A model generated the notes under the pieces. That model was given only the letters and a program-made list of their open reading frames with translations. It was not told where the DNA came from and made no database searches. DNA of 64,000 nt. Source: Clostridiales bacterium. GTDB lineage: Bacteria > Bacillota > Clostridia > Oscillospirales > CAG-382. Position numbers and translations under genes: made by a program. The stretch is taken from the NCBI GenBank assembly GCA_003343885.1, contig QAKH01000048.1:72779-136778 (forward strand). Direction: 5' to 3'. Each line of letters begins with the position of its first letter. The first letter of the stretch is position 1. Below are positions 18,511 to 27,576 of the stretch, piece by piece.

Positions 18511-18645
18511 AGTGCGTCGATAGCGTCGATAGATAGTATCGATAGCATAAACCGGATACAAAAGGCAGGTACAAGACGGGCTAAGCATAGTGACCTAATT
18601 TGGAGTATCTCAAGTTTGCATCAAATACATGATTATATTATACAA

Positions 18646-18671
18646 ATGCGGACGGCATAAGCCGTCCGCAT
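18646..18671. terminator. bidirectional hairpin between the convergent dut and acidic-tail protein genes
   Basis: Perfect 11-bp stem ATGCGGACGGC / GCCGTCCGCAT with an ATAA loop. The flanks are only modestly T-rich. Confidence 0.6.
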
Positions 18672-18689
18672 TATATTTAAGGTTTTAAA

Positions 18690-19709
18690 TCAGTTTTCAG
18701 CGGAAGCTGTATCATCTGCCGCATTATCAGCGTCGTCAGAAGTAGTTTCTGCGCCTTCGTCGGCAGCATTATTTTCCGACTCTGTTCCGTCGGCTGCATC
18801 TGCACCTGTTTCAACAGTTTCTTCCCCGGCGTCGTTTACGGAATCATCCGTTTGAGTGTCGGCAGAGTCATCTCCTGTTGATGCTGTTTCATCGGTTGTT
18901 TCTTCAGTTGTTTCATCGGTTGAAGATTCATCAGACGATGTTTCTCCCTCTCCCTCAGCTTCTGCGGCAAGCTCTTCATAGTACTCGGCAAGTGTCTGCT
19001 CTACATAAGACATATTGTTTATATCAATAGTGCCGTCTTCTGCGGGCTCTATATAATAGCTTGCGCTTACTATAACCTTATCCTGAATATAGTCTAACGG
19101 AGACCAGTCTTCAATGCTGTTATTATTCAAGCTTATCTGACGAACATTTTCTGCGTTGAGTCCGGCAAAGCCGGCAACCTCTGTGAGACCGCAGGTATCA
19201 ACAGACGCCTCAACAAGAGAGGTAAGTCCGGAAAATACAGATGAATCAGTAAACTTTACACCATAAAACTCAGCGATTTTTGCTCCGGTAAAATACTTTA
19301 CGTCATCCATAAGCGGCTTTTCGTCGGTTTCAAAATATGAGTAGTTTATAAGATCGTCAAAGTTATATTCAGAAACATCTTCTCCTGCGTCGGCTTTATC
19401 GAGATACTCGAGATAAATCTCTGCGAGTCCGTCTTTACCAGTGATTACCGTGCAAACTCCGGAATTTGCATCATAGTTAGCAGATATAAATTCAATTGCC
19501 GCCAAATCCTCTTCTTTTATAAAAGCCGGTGCTTTTCCAAGATTCTCGGACAAAGCAGCTGCAAAATCCTGATTTTCAAGAAAAGCCGACTTTGATGTAA
19601 GCTCTTCATAAAGAACGCAGCCAATAGCCGCAGCTACTACGATTATTGCTATAAGCATTACCCAAAATGATGTTTGCTGTCTTTTTTGTTTACCAGTCAC
19701 TTGTGCCAT
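18690..19709 (-). CDS. N-terminally membrane-anchored protein with LRR-like segment and ~95-aa acidic D/E/T/S/A tail
   Basis: Start moved to the internal ATG at 19709 (MAQVTGKQKRQQ..) because GGAGGATATT lies immediately upstream. The track's 99-aa extension crosses the intergenic region. One TM segment (WVMLIAIIVVAAAIGCVL). Confidence 0.6.
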   Translation of the reverse strand: MAQVTGKQKRQQTSFWVMLIAIIVVAAAIGCVLYEELTSKSAFLENQDFAAALSENLGKAPAFIKEEDLAAIEFISANYDANSGVCTVITGKDGLAEIYLEYLDKADAGEDVSEYNFDDLINYSYFETDEKPLMDDVKYFTGAKIAEFYGVKFTDSSVFSGLTSLVEASVDTCGLTEVAGFAGLNAENVRQISLNNNSIEDWSPLDYIQDKVIVSASYYIEPAEDGTIDINNMSYVEQTLAEYYEELAAEAEGEGETSSDESSTDETTEETTDETASTGDDSADTQTDDSVNDAGEETVETGADAADGTESENNAADEGAETTSDDADNAADDTASAEN

Positions 19710-19947
19710 AATATCCTCCAAATGATTAAATACTTTCACCAAAAGTGAAAAAACTACGAGTTGTATTATACCACGTATGTAACAAAAATGCAACTGTTTT
19801 TTTCTTTTTTTAAGTCTCACGCAAAAATCGTATTTTAAAATAAATATTGATTTACGACACGGTATTTCGACCTTTTTTTCAAAACCGCGGTGATAAAATG
19901 ATGAAAAACAGAAATTAATACGGAAATGAAAAAGGAAGGAACAAAAA

Positions 19948-22335
19948 ATGCAACAGGCAAAACAAAGTAAAAGGAAGCCAAATAAAACCCGTAACGTAAG
20001 TTTCATGTCAAAAACAGCTCAGCTCTTTTCAAAGGCAAGGATTTTTTCGTTTAACTCGGCAAGTGTAATTGCAAACGCCGTAAAGAAAACCGCCGCCGTC
20101 AAAGGTCTTGATCTTTCGGAAGTTCGTGATTATACTTTTGCTCTTGCAAAATCCATTCTCGGCTTTTTGCTCGGAATGGCTGCGCTTCCACAGGGTATAC
20201 GCCCTTTTGGTATTTCTCTGCTTTGCTCTATGTCAGACAGCAGAAGTGTTTTTTTTACATATATCGGCTGTGCGTTATCCTGTATTACTTACGGAGACAG
20301 CGCTCTTTCCTCATTCATAGTATATTTTATGCTTTTTGCCGCAAGAAAAGCGTTTACCGAGTCAAAATACGGGGAACAATTAAACGTACGTATACTCGAA
20401 AGCGCTGCCGCAAGCACGGCAATAGGTATAATACGTATAAGCACGTCCGCAGAGCATGCCGTATATTCTTACATAGCATTTCTCTGTCTTGCCTGCATTT
20501 CCTGTGCGTTCACCTATTTCTTCAGCATACTGTTCAACAAGGCGGCGATCTCCGCGGCGCGTATAAGCACAAAAAGCATTTGTTCCTATGCTCTTATGGG
20601 AGCGCTTGTCTGCTCTCTTTCCGGAGTAAATGTTTTGGGATTTGATCTTCAGCTCGTCGCGGCTTGTCTTATCACTCTTACCTACGCTGTGGCAAACGGA
20701 TTCCTTCACGCCGGCATTGTTGGATTTATTTGCGGAATTGCCTGCGCAAGTCCCATTGTTTCCGCATCACTCGGATTGAGCGGAATAATTGCCGCACTAA
20801 TGTTTTCAAAAAGTATTTTTGCCTCGCTCATATCGTTTGCCTGCGCTTTTCTGATATGCGGAGCGTACAGTGCAGATTTAGGGCACACAGTGACGCTCGT
20901 ACCGTCGGTGGCGTGCAGCTGCGTCCTGTTCTTCCCTGCCTGCGGATTTTTGCCGGAAGCCTTGAGGTTAAGCAAAGGAGCTCGTACAAAGTCAAGCGCG
21001 GTCGCAAAGAAGCAGGTACGCAAACAGCAAAAAGAACTTGCGGAGGCGTTTTTTTCCCTTTCGGAAATGTTTTCAAAGTTAGCGGAAAAGCAAAAATATC
21101 CGCTGATTGAGGATGTGGAACTTGCGGTGGACAAGGCTTTTTCCTCAACGTGCGGCAAATGTGCACTAAATGAGATGTGCTATGCAAAGAGAAAAACGGA
21201 CGTCAAACAACTCAAACAGAATTTATATTCGGTACTGTGTGCAAGGTCGGTGGTTCCGGAAGATTTCGGGGAGCATATGAGCGACAAATGCATACGTTTG
21301 CAAAATCTTTGCGACGAACTTAACAGCAGTTATTCCGGACTTTGTGTTGACTGCTCTAAAGACAACCGTACCGCACTTCTGTGCGCTCAATACTCCGGTA
21401 TGGCGCGGCTAATTCTTGACTCGGAAAAACGCAGCAACGAGGACACTGAACGAGACATTCAATTTGAAAAAGCCGTTTCAAGCGCTCTCTCGAAGGCTGA
21501 CATTCCGTTTTCAAACGTGTGCGTATTCTCTGACAGAGAAAAGCGCACGCACATAAGCGGCATAAGCATCGACAAGTTTCCTTTTGGTGCGGAAGAGTTT
21601 AAAAAATATATTTTTGCCTCTTGCGGAGTAAAAATAAGTCAGCCGGATTTTGACATATCCGAAAAAAGCGAAACTGTCTTACGTTTTAAGCGAATTCCTG
21701 TAATATCGGTTGAATATTCACAAGCCTGCGCATCCAAGAAAAACGAGGATATCAGCGGAGACACGGTTTCTTTTCTGCACCACGAAAACAATACTTTTCA
21801 TGCGCTTTTATGCGATGGTATGGGAAGTGGAATAGGCGCCGCGACTGCTTCTCGGATTTCTACCGTTTTCATGGAAAAACTGCTCGGAGCCGGCGTCAAA
21901 AAAGAAGTTGCCTTTGAACTGCTAAACAACGTACTTCTTTCCCAGAGCGGCGAATGCTTTTCGACGGTTGATTTATTTGAAGCTGATTTATTGACGGGAA
22001 GATGCATGTTTATAAAAGCGGGAGCGGCTCCCACTTACATTCTGAGAGATTCAAAGCTCTTTAAAATTTTTTCTGCAACTCCTCCCGTAGGTATACTCTC
22101 CTCTTTTTCCGCAGAAAGCACAAGGTTTGACATAGAACCGGACGACGTTATTATAATGCTGTCGGATGGTGTTGTGCAAAACGGTGAAGACAGCACCTGG
22201 CTTAGTGAAATTGTTAAAATAGACAAGCTAAACGACCCGTCTGTTCTCGCCGGCAAAATCTTGGAAAAATCCCAAAGTATTAACACACGTCCGGATGATA
22301 TGAGCGTTGCTGTTATCCGAGTCAAAAAAGCCTAA
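19948..22335 (+). CDS. spoIIE: stage II sporulation protein E (membrane PP2C phosphatase)
   Basis: 795 aa with ~10 N-terminal TM segments and a C-terminal PP2C domain (GDTVSF ... LCDGMGSG ... MLSDGV ... DDMSVAVIR). The exact start is uncertain (19948 or the ATG at 20005). Confidence 0.88.
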   Translation: MQQAKQSKRKPNKTRNVSFMSKTAQLFSKARIFSFNSASVIANAVKKTAAVKGLDLSEVRDYTFALAKSILGFLLGMAALPQGIRPFGISLLCSMSDSRSVFFTYIGCALSCITYGDSALSSFIVYFMLFAARKAFTESKYGEQLNVRILESAAASTAIGIIRISTSAEHAVYSYIAFLCLACISCAFTYFFSILFNKAAISAARISTKSICSYALMGALVCSLSGVNVLGFDLQLVAACLITLTYAVANGFLHAGIVGFICGIACASPIVSASLGLSGIIAALMFSKSIFASLISFACAFLICGAYSADLGHTVTLVPSVACSCVLFFPACGFLPEALRLSKGARTKSSAVAKKQVRKQQKELAEAFFSLSEMFSKLAEKQKYPLIEDVELAVDKAFSSTCGKCALNEMCYAKRKTDVKQLKQNLYSVLCARSVVPEDFGEHMSDKCIRLQNLCDELNSSYSGLCVDCSKDNRTALLCAQYSGMARLILDSEKRSNEDTERDIQFEKAVSSALSKADIPFSNVCVFSDREKRTHISGISIDKFPFGAEEFKKYIFASCGVKISQPDFDISEKSETVLRFKRIPVISVEYSQACASKKNEDISGDTVSFLHHENNTFHALLCDGMGSGIGAATASRISTVFMEKLLGAGVKKEVAFELLNNVLLSQSGECFSTVDLFEADLLTGRCMFIKAGAAPTYILRDSKLFKIFSATPPVGILSSFSAESTRFDIEPDDVIIMLSDGVVQNGEDSTWLSEIVKIDKLNDPSVLAGKILEKSQSINTRPDDMSVAVIRVKKA

Positions 22336-22387
22336 ACAATGTGCGTAAAAGCGTATGTCTGTACGCTTTAGCCTATAACTCATCCTA

Positions 22388-22445
22388 TAAAAGCCTTTTT
22401 TCCAAGTCAAGCTATTTGCCTGGGGAAAAAGGCTTTTTTACGTTT
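22388..22445 (+). terminator. intrinsic terminator after spoIIE
   Basis: AAAAGCCTTTTTTCC ... GGGGAAAAAGGCTTTT long stem followed by TTTA..TTTTAT. Confidence 0.65.
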
Positions 22446-22527
22446 TATCCTTTTTTAAGACACAATAGTACAATATAAGAAATATTTTTTCAAAAATAGC
22501 TATGAATTGTTAAATTTGAAAAAATAC

Positions 22528-22556
22528 TTGAAATTCATTACCTCGTGTGGTAAAAT
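22528..22556 (+). promoter_or_regulatory. sigma-A type promoter of the V-type ATPase operon
   Basis: TTGAAA (22528-22533), 17-nt spacer, TAAAAT (22551-22556). Confidence 0.55.
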
Positions 22557-22603
22557 ATCTCGAAAATATGAGTTACATATATTATATATAGTGTAAGGCA
22601 AAG

Positions 22604-22637
22604 AGGCTTTTATGTGTTCTGCATAAAGCCTATTTTT
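22604..22637 (+). terminator. terminator-like hairpin inside the V-ATPase operon leader
   Basis: AGGCTTTTATG / CATAAAGCCT stem (10 bp, one bulged T), 7-nt loop, then ATTTTTA. It lies between the predicted promoter and the first gene. Confidence 0.5.
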
Positions 22638-22679
22638 AAATCTTTGCGGGCTTTTTCCGCTTGGAAAGGTTGACTGATT

Positions 22680-22994
22680 TTGATAAACGATAATCTGCTT
22701 GAAATTATTAACGCCGACAAACGTGCCAGAGAGCGTATCTCTGATTCATCAAAGTTTGACGCACGCTCAAAACAAATGCTTGAAGAGGCTAAGGCTCGTC
22801 TTGAAGAAAAATACGATAAAGATGCTAAGCAAAAAATTCAAGCTTCCGCAAAAGAGCACGAAAAGCTGTTGGAGTTGACAGCTGAAACGTATGAAACCCG
22901 GTTAAGAGAAACAGAAAAAAATATAGAACAGCTTACAGAAAAGAAAAAAAACGAGTGGGTAAGCATGATAATACGCAGCGTTACTGAAATATGA
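22680..22994 (+). CDS. V/A-type ATPase peripheral-stalk small subunit (G/H-like coiled-coil protein)
   Basis: 104 aa with a TTG start 9 nt after GGAAAGG. Highly charged heptad-like sequence. It is the first gene of the ATPase operon. Confidence 0.5.
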   Translation: MINDNLLEIINADKRARERISDSSKFDARSKQMLEEAKARLEEKYDKDAKQKIQASAKEHEKLLELTAETYETRLRETEKNIEQLTEKKKNEWVSMIIRSVTEI

Positions 22995-23039
22995 CAATCG
23001 TTATGCTTTGGATCGCAAACACAAAAGGAGGAAGAATGC

Positions 23040-24083
23040 ATGGCTAACATCAGTGCGTTATCTTCTAAGGCTTTGTATGCAAAAGCCAAGGCTTGCTACG
23101 CTTCCCATATGACACCCGACGACTACGTTCGCTTGAGTTCGCTGTCAAGTCTTGAAGAGTTTGTTTCTCATTTAAAGAACAAAACCCAGTACTCCGCCGC
23201 TTTTGAAGGGCTGGGAGGTTCCGGGCACCTCACAAGGCAGCATGTGGAAGCAATTATAAGGCGAATGTTTTTTCTAAGGCTTGAAAAACTGGTAAGATAC
23301 GCAAATCTCTGTGACAATTACGTGAGCGATTATTTTTTGGCAAGACACGAGTGTGAATGTATAGTGCGCCGGCTGAGACAGTCCGGAGAATACACGCTTG
23401 ACAGTTACTTTGTTTATATGCCGGAGGGCTTCTTTACATCTACCGGTTTTGACATATACGCACTTGAACATGCAAGGTCGCAGGAAGAACTGCTTGAGGT
23501 GCTCCACGGCACTGATTACGGCAAGCTTTTGGACAATATTTTAAAGAGCGGTGCCGGAAGTTTGATTGCGGAAAATGTAATTTACGGATATTTATTTGAG
23601 CATAGTGCCAAAGGCTTTAAAAAGAAGCTTGAGAAAAAAGAATACGAGGAAATTGAGCGTATTCTCGCGATGTTTTCGGATATGATTACCATCAACAATC
23701 TTTACCGCATAAAAAAGTTCTACCCGGACTGTGCGGATAAGCTTTTGATTCATGTTTATACCTCAAATCTCACGCGTATTTCCGACATACAGCTTGACAA
23801 AATGAAAAAAGCGAAAGACGTAACTGAATTTACGGCTCAACTCGAAAAAACTTGCTATAAACAGGCCGCGACACTTTTACGTGGCAGCGAGTCTGCTTTA
23901 TTTACAAAACAATACATTTACAATGAATGTAAGCGGCTCTTTACAATAAGCGACAAAGCCGCAGTCAGTGCGCTTTGCTATTCGTATCTAATAACGAACG
24001 AAGCATCAAACCTCATTGTCCTTACTGAAGCGTTAAGCGCCGGTGTAAGTCAAGAGCGCATGTTGAAATTACTTGTTACATGA
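23040..24083 (+). CDS. ntpC: V-type ATP synthase subunit C (V0 d-type)
   Basis: 347 aa, all-helical, with the typical size and position. AAAGGAGG RBS. Confidence 0.75.
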   Translation: MANISALSSKALYAKAKACYASHMTPDDYVRLSSLSSLEEFVSHLKNKTQYSAAFEGLGGSGHLTRQHVEAIIRRMFFLRLEKLVRYANLCDNYVSDYFLARHECECIVRRLRQSGEYTLDSYFVYMPEGFFTSTGFDIYALEHARSQEELLEVLHGTDYGKLLDNILKSGAGSLIAENVIYGYLFEHSAKGFKKKLEKKEYEEIERILAMFSDMITINNLYRIKKFYPDCADKLLIHVYTSNLTRISDIQLDKMKKAKDVTEFTAQLEKTCYKQAATLLRGSESALFTKQYIYNECKRLFTISDKAAVSALCYSYLITNEASNLIVLTEALSAGVSQERMLKLLVT

Positions 24084-24149
24084 CGGATTGATCTGCAAAG
24101 TTTTACTTGCAAAATTTCCGTAGGTACGGAAAGGAAGGATATATTTCAG

Positions 24150-26087
24150 ATGGCAATAGAAAAAATGAACGTTGCCAGGATCAGCGGCAATCTCGAAATG
24201 CTGGACAAAACCCTTGACGAGATATGTTCCGCGGGAGTCTTTCAGCCGGAATCGGCAGAGAGTTTTTATTCTGCCGGCATGGGGCTTATACCCTTTGACG
24301 ATGAAAACATCGCGTCCCAAAGAATGGCTGAACTCGAAGCACTTGCGGCTAACGCCGGCATTCATCTTCGTGTCCGCGGAAAATACGATGACGAAGGAGA
24401 CGCAGATAAAGACGAGACGTTTTTCGGCGAACTTTCACAAAAGTTAAAAAGTTATGCCGAAGAAAAAAACGCCTTGACAGAACAGATAGAGTTGTGCAAC
24501 AACGCTATTGCAAACTACAATCACTTCAAGGAACTTGACGTCGACCTCGGTGAAATCAACGCTTGCCGGTACGTTAAACCGAGATTCGGTCATCTTCCGA
24601 AAAAAGCGTATGAAAAAATTTCGGAATACTCGAAAGACCACCCGTACATCAGCTTTTTTCCCTGTTCCTTTGACAATGACGAATGCTGGGGCGTTTATTT
24701 CGCTCCGAAAGAAAAGGTATCTGAGGTTGACGGTGTGTTTGCCTCTCTGCTATTCCAGAAAATCATTCGTTCGGACGTCACCGGAACGATAAAAGAACTG
24801 ATAAGCGGACTTGAAGCAAATGTTGAGATCGTAAAAAAACAGATTGAAAAGCTTGACGCTGACGCGGCTAAGATGTGCAAGGACGAGGAAGAACACATGA
24901 GTCTTTACTACTCAAAGCTTTCCCGTGACTGCGCAAAGCACGACATAAAGTCACTTGCTTTTCACAACAAGGAGTATTTCTTTATCGCCGGCTGGGTACC
25001 TGAAAAAAATGCCGCTGAATTTGAAAAACGCCTCGAAAAGCTTGGCGGAGACGTCACGGCAGAGATAAGTCCTCCGGATGAGACTCTTAAGGTCAAGCCT
25101 CCGGTACGCATGACAGGATTTGCAAAAATCCTGCGGCACATTGTCGAACCATACACGTTCTACGTCGACATGTACGGAACGCCGTCCTACAATGATTTAG
25201 ACATCACGGCTTTTGTTGCCGTAACTTACACAGTTCTTTTCGGAATGATGTTCGGCGACATGGGGCAAGGGTTGGTATTAAGCATTGTCGGTGCGCTCAT
25301 GTGGAAGATAAAGCGAATGGGGCTTGGTCGTATCTTGGTTCCCTGCGGAATATCTTCGATGTTTTTCGGCTTTATTTTCGGCTCGGTATTCGGATACGAA
25401 CATTTGCTTGATCCTGTTTACAAGGCTATCGGCTGGAAAGGCAAACCGATCGAGGTATTCGAGAGCGTAAACTTAGTGCTTTTGTTAGCAATTGCGATAG
25501 GCGTTGCGCTTGTTATATGCGCTATCCTTATAAATATTGTCGGATGTATAAAAAGACGGTGCTTTGCTGAGGCACTGCTTAGCCAGAACGGCTTATGCGG
25601 ATTGCTTCTTTATCTTTGCGGAGCAAATTTAGCTTCCGGCTTTATGGGCGGCTTTTCTCCCATTAACACAGCCGTTTGCGGAATTGTCATTGCGGTATGC
25701 GCCGTAATACTTGTCATTAAGGAACCGCTCATTGAGGGATTTGATCACCATCACTTTGAAAAGCCTGAAAGCATGGTCGATTTCCTGCTTCAGAATATTT
25801 TCGAGCTTGTTGAATATATATTGTCGTACATGAGCAACACCGTTTCGTTCTTGCGAGTCGGAGCGTTTGTACTTGTTCATGCCGGTATGATGATGGTTGT
25901 ATTCTCTCTTGCCGGGGAAAGCGAAAACATAATAGTTATTATTTTGGGAAATGTACTTGTAATTGCGCTTGAGGGACTTCTTACGGGAATTCAGGCACTC
26001 AGACTTGAATACTACGAAATGTTCAGCCGTTTCTATATCGGCGACGGCCGCAAGTTTACACCTGTTAAAATGAAGAAAAAATCTTAA
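24150..26087 (+). CDS. ntpI: V-type ATP synthase subunit I (a-type stator)
   Basis: 645 aa. Soluble N-terminal half plus ~7 TM segments, with a conserved C-terminal block (SFLRVGAFVLVH, LRLEYYEMFSRFY). Confidence 0.88.
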   Translation: MAIEKMNVARISGNLEMLDKTLDEICSAGVFQPESAESFYSAGMGLIPFDDENIASQRMAELEALAANAGIHLRVRGKYDDEGDADKDETFFGELSQKLKSYAEEKNALTEQIELCNNAIANYNHFKELDVDLGEINACRYVKPRFGHLPKKAYEKISEYSKDHPYISFFPCSFDNDECWGVYFAPKEKVSEVDGVFASLLFQKIIRSDVTGTIKELISGLEANVEIVKKQIEKLDADAAKMCKDEEEHMSLYYSKLSRDCAKHDIKSLAFHNKEYFFIAGWVPEKNAAEFEKRLEKLGGDVTAEISPPDETLKVKPPVRMTGFAKILRHIVEPYTFYVDMYGTPSYNDLDITAFVAVTYTVLFGMMFGDMGQGLVLSIVGALMWKIKRMGLGRILVPCGISSMFFGFIFGSVFGYEHLLDPVYKAIGWKGKPIEVFESVNLVLLLAIAIGVALVICAILINIVGCIKRRCFAEALLSQNGLCGLLLYLCGANLASGFMGGFSPINTAVCGIVIAVCAVILVIKEPLIEGFDHHHFEKPESMVDFLLQNIFELVEYILSYMSNTVSFLRVGAFVLVHAGMMMVVFSLAGESENIIVIILGNVLVIALEGLLTGIQALRLEYYEMFSRFYIGDGRKFTPVKMKKKS

Positions 26088-26141
26088 GGATACAATTAAA
26101 ACTCAATTTTTAAACCATTTGACTATGAAAGGAATTTTATC

Positions 26142-26627
26142 ATGATTACATTTATTCTTTGCACACTTTTGGTTCTTATTCCCGCACTTCTCCTCTTTTC
26201 CGCCGTTGTTTGCTTTAAGAGAATGTCTTCCGGAACTGCTCCGAGAAAGGCTGCGCGTTTTAATATCGGCGTTTTCGCTTGTCTTATAGTACTTGTAGCT
26301 CTCACTTCAGTTTCAGTATTTGCTGCAGGTGAGGATGCAGACACTGCCGGAACAAATGAACAAGCTCAGGCTGCCGATGAAGCCGTTGAAACCGAAACAG
26401 CGTCATCTGATTCATCAAAGGGTATGGGACTTCTTGCAGCCGGTCTTGTTACCGGTCTTGCAGGCATAGGCGGCGGTATCGCCGTTGCAGCCGGTGCGCC
26501 TGCCGCGATTGCTGCGACCAGCGAAGATCCGAAGTCTTTCGGTAAATCTATCATTTTCGTTGCTCTTGGTGAATCTATAGCTCTTTACGGCGTCGTTATC
26601 GCAATCCTTATCCTCCAAAAGGTTTAA
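26142..26627 (+). CDS. ntpK: V-type ATP synthase proteolipid (K/c) with non-canonical ~94-aa N-terminal extension
   Basis: The C-terminal 67 aa form a single c-hairpin (GLAGIGGGIAVAAG ... ALGESIALYGVVIAILIL). Upstream are two hydrophobic segments and an acidic linker. GAAAGGA RBS precedes 26142. Alternative starts at 26223 or 26424. Confidence 0.7.
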   Translation: MITFILCTLLVLIPALLLFSAVVCFKRMSSGTAPRKAARFNIGVFACLIVLVALTSVSVFAAGEDADTAGTNEQAQAADEAVETETASSDSSKGMGLLAAGLVTGLAGIGGGIAVAAGAPAAIAATSEDPKSFGKSIIFVALGESIALYGVVIAILILQKV

Positions 26628-26651
26628 AACTACTGAAAGGTCAGATCCGAG

Positions 26652-26957
26652 ATGAAATTTTTTCTGATTACCGATGATGCTGACACCTGTGTCGGAATGC
26701 GCCTTGCCGGCATTAACTCAGTTCTTGTCCATGACGCGCAAAAAGCAGAAAAGGCACTGGATGATGCAGTTAGTGACAATGACACAGGCATGATACTTAT
26801 TACGGCAAAGGTCAAAAGTTTTTGTTCCGAGAAAGTACGTAAAATAGCCGCAGGAAATCGTCCGATTATTGTGGAAATTCCGGATTCTTCAAACGCGGCA
26901 AGCTCTTCCGGTGCGATAAGCGATTATATCCGTTCAACTATCGGTATCAGTGTTTGA
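26652..26957 (+). CDS. V-type ATP synthase subunit F
   Basis: 101 aa. MKFFLI.D.DT..G.RLAGI N-terminus is typical of subunit F. Confidence 0.8.
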   Translation: MKFFLITDDADTCVGMRLAGINSVLVHDAQKAEKALDDAVSDNDTGMILITAKVKSFCSEKVRKIAAGNRPIIVEIPDSSNAASSSGAISDYIRSTIGISV

Positions 26958-26971
26958 GGAGGACATAACTT

Positions 26972-27571
26972 TTGGATAAAAACATATATGACAGCACGAG
27001 TTTGATTATTGAAAGCATTGAAAATCAGTCGCGTGCCGAGCAGAAGAATATAGAGGAGCTCTCCGAAAAGTTATACAAGGAAAAAGCGGCGGCTCTCGAA
27101 AAAGAAATATCAGACAAGTATGACGCATTGGTGGAATATGAGCTTGAAAAACAGCGCATAGACGCAAACAAAAAGGCATCTGCTCTTGAGTCTGAAAACA
27201 AGGCGGCTCTCGCTGAAATGAGGAAAAAAGTCACCGACGAGGTTTTTGCCGGCGCTTTTGAAGGCATAAAGCGTTTTGTTCAGACCGACGCATACGCCGA
27301 GTTTCTTGAAAAAAGCGCTTCTTCAATGAGCGGACTGTATGACGGAAAGGCTGAAATACTTATCCGAAAAGCAGACGACGGATTCAAGCCGCTTATACTG
27401 AAAGCTTTCGGAAAGCCTGCGGATTTTGTTTACGATGATTCCATTGTTTTGGGCGGTATAAAAGTGCATTTTGCAGACAAAGCTGTTATTGCCGACGACT
27501 GCCTCGACTCAAGACTTGAAGCCCAAAAGAAAAACTTTATCAACACAAGCGGCTTAGGATTCAAGAGGTGA
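26972..27571 (+). CDS. V-type ATP synthase subunit E
   Basis: 199 aa with a TTG start. Long N-terminal charged helix and a globular C-terminus (GGIKV ... D.SLD.RLE). Confidence 0.75.
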   Translation: MDKNIYDSTSLIIESIENQSRAEQKNIEELSEKLYKEKAAALEKEISDKYDALVEYELEKQRIDANKKASALESENKAALAEMRKKVTDEVFAGAFEGIKRFVQTDAYAEFLEKSASSMSGLYDGKAEILIRKADDGFKPLILKAFGKPADFVYDDSIVLGGIKVHFADKAVIADDCLDSRLEAQKKNFINTSGLGFKR

Positions 27572-27576
27572 TTTAA

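Noticed and set aside
19710-20006. N-terminal 99-aa extension of the track ORF 18690-20006. Analogous extensions occur at 47699-47836, 40367-40444, 35146-35220, 36227-36271, 30688-30756 and 56560-56580.
   Set aside because: The extensions run through intergenic or upstream coding DNA, are Cys/Phe/Arg-rich nonsense and lack an RBS. In each case an internal ATG is preceded by a strong GGAGG-type RBS and starts a sensible signal peptide or conserved N-terminus.
23036-23047. ATG at 23036 as the start of the subunit C gene.
   Set aside because: That frame stops after three codons (ATG CAT GGC TAA). The ATG at 23040 opens the 347-aa frame.
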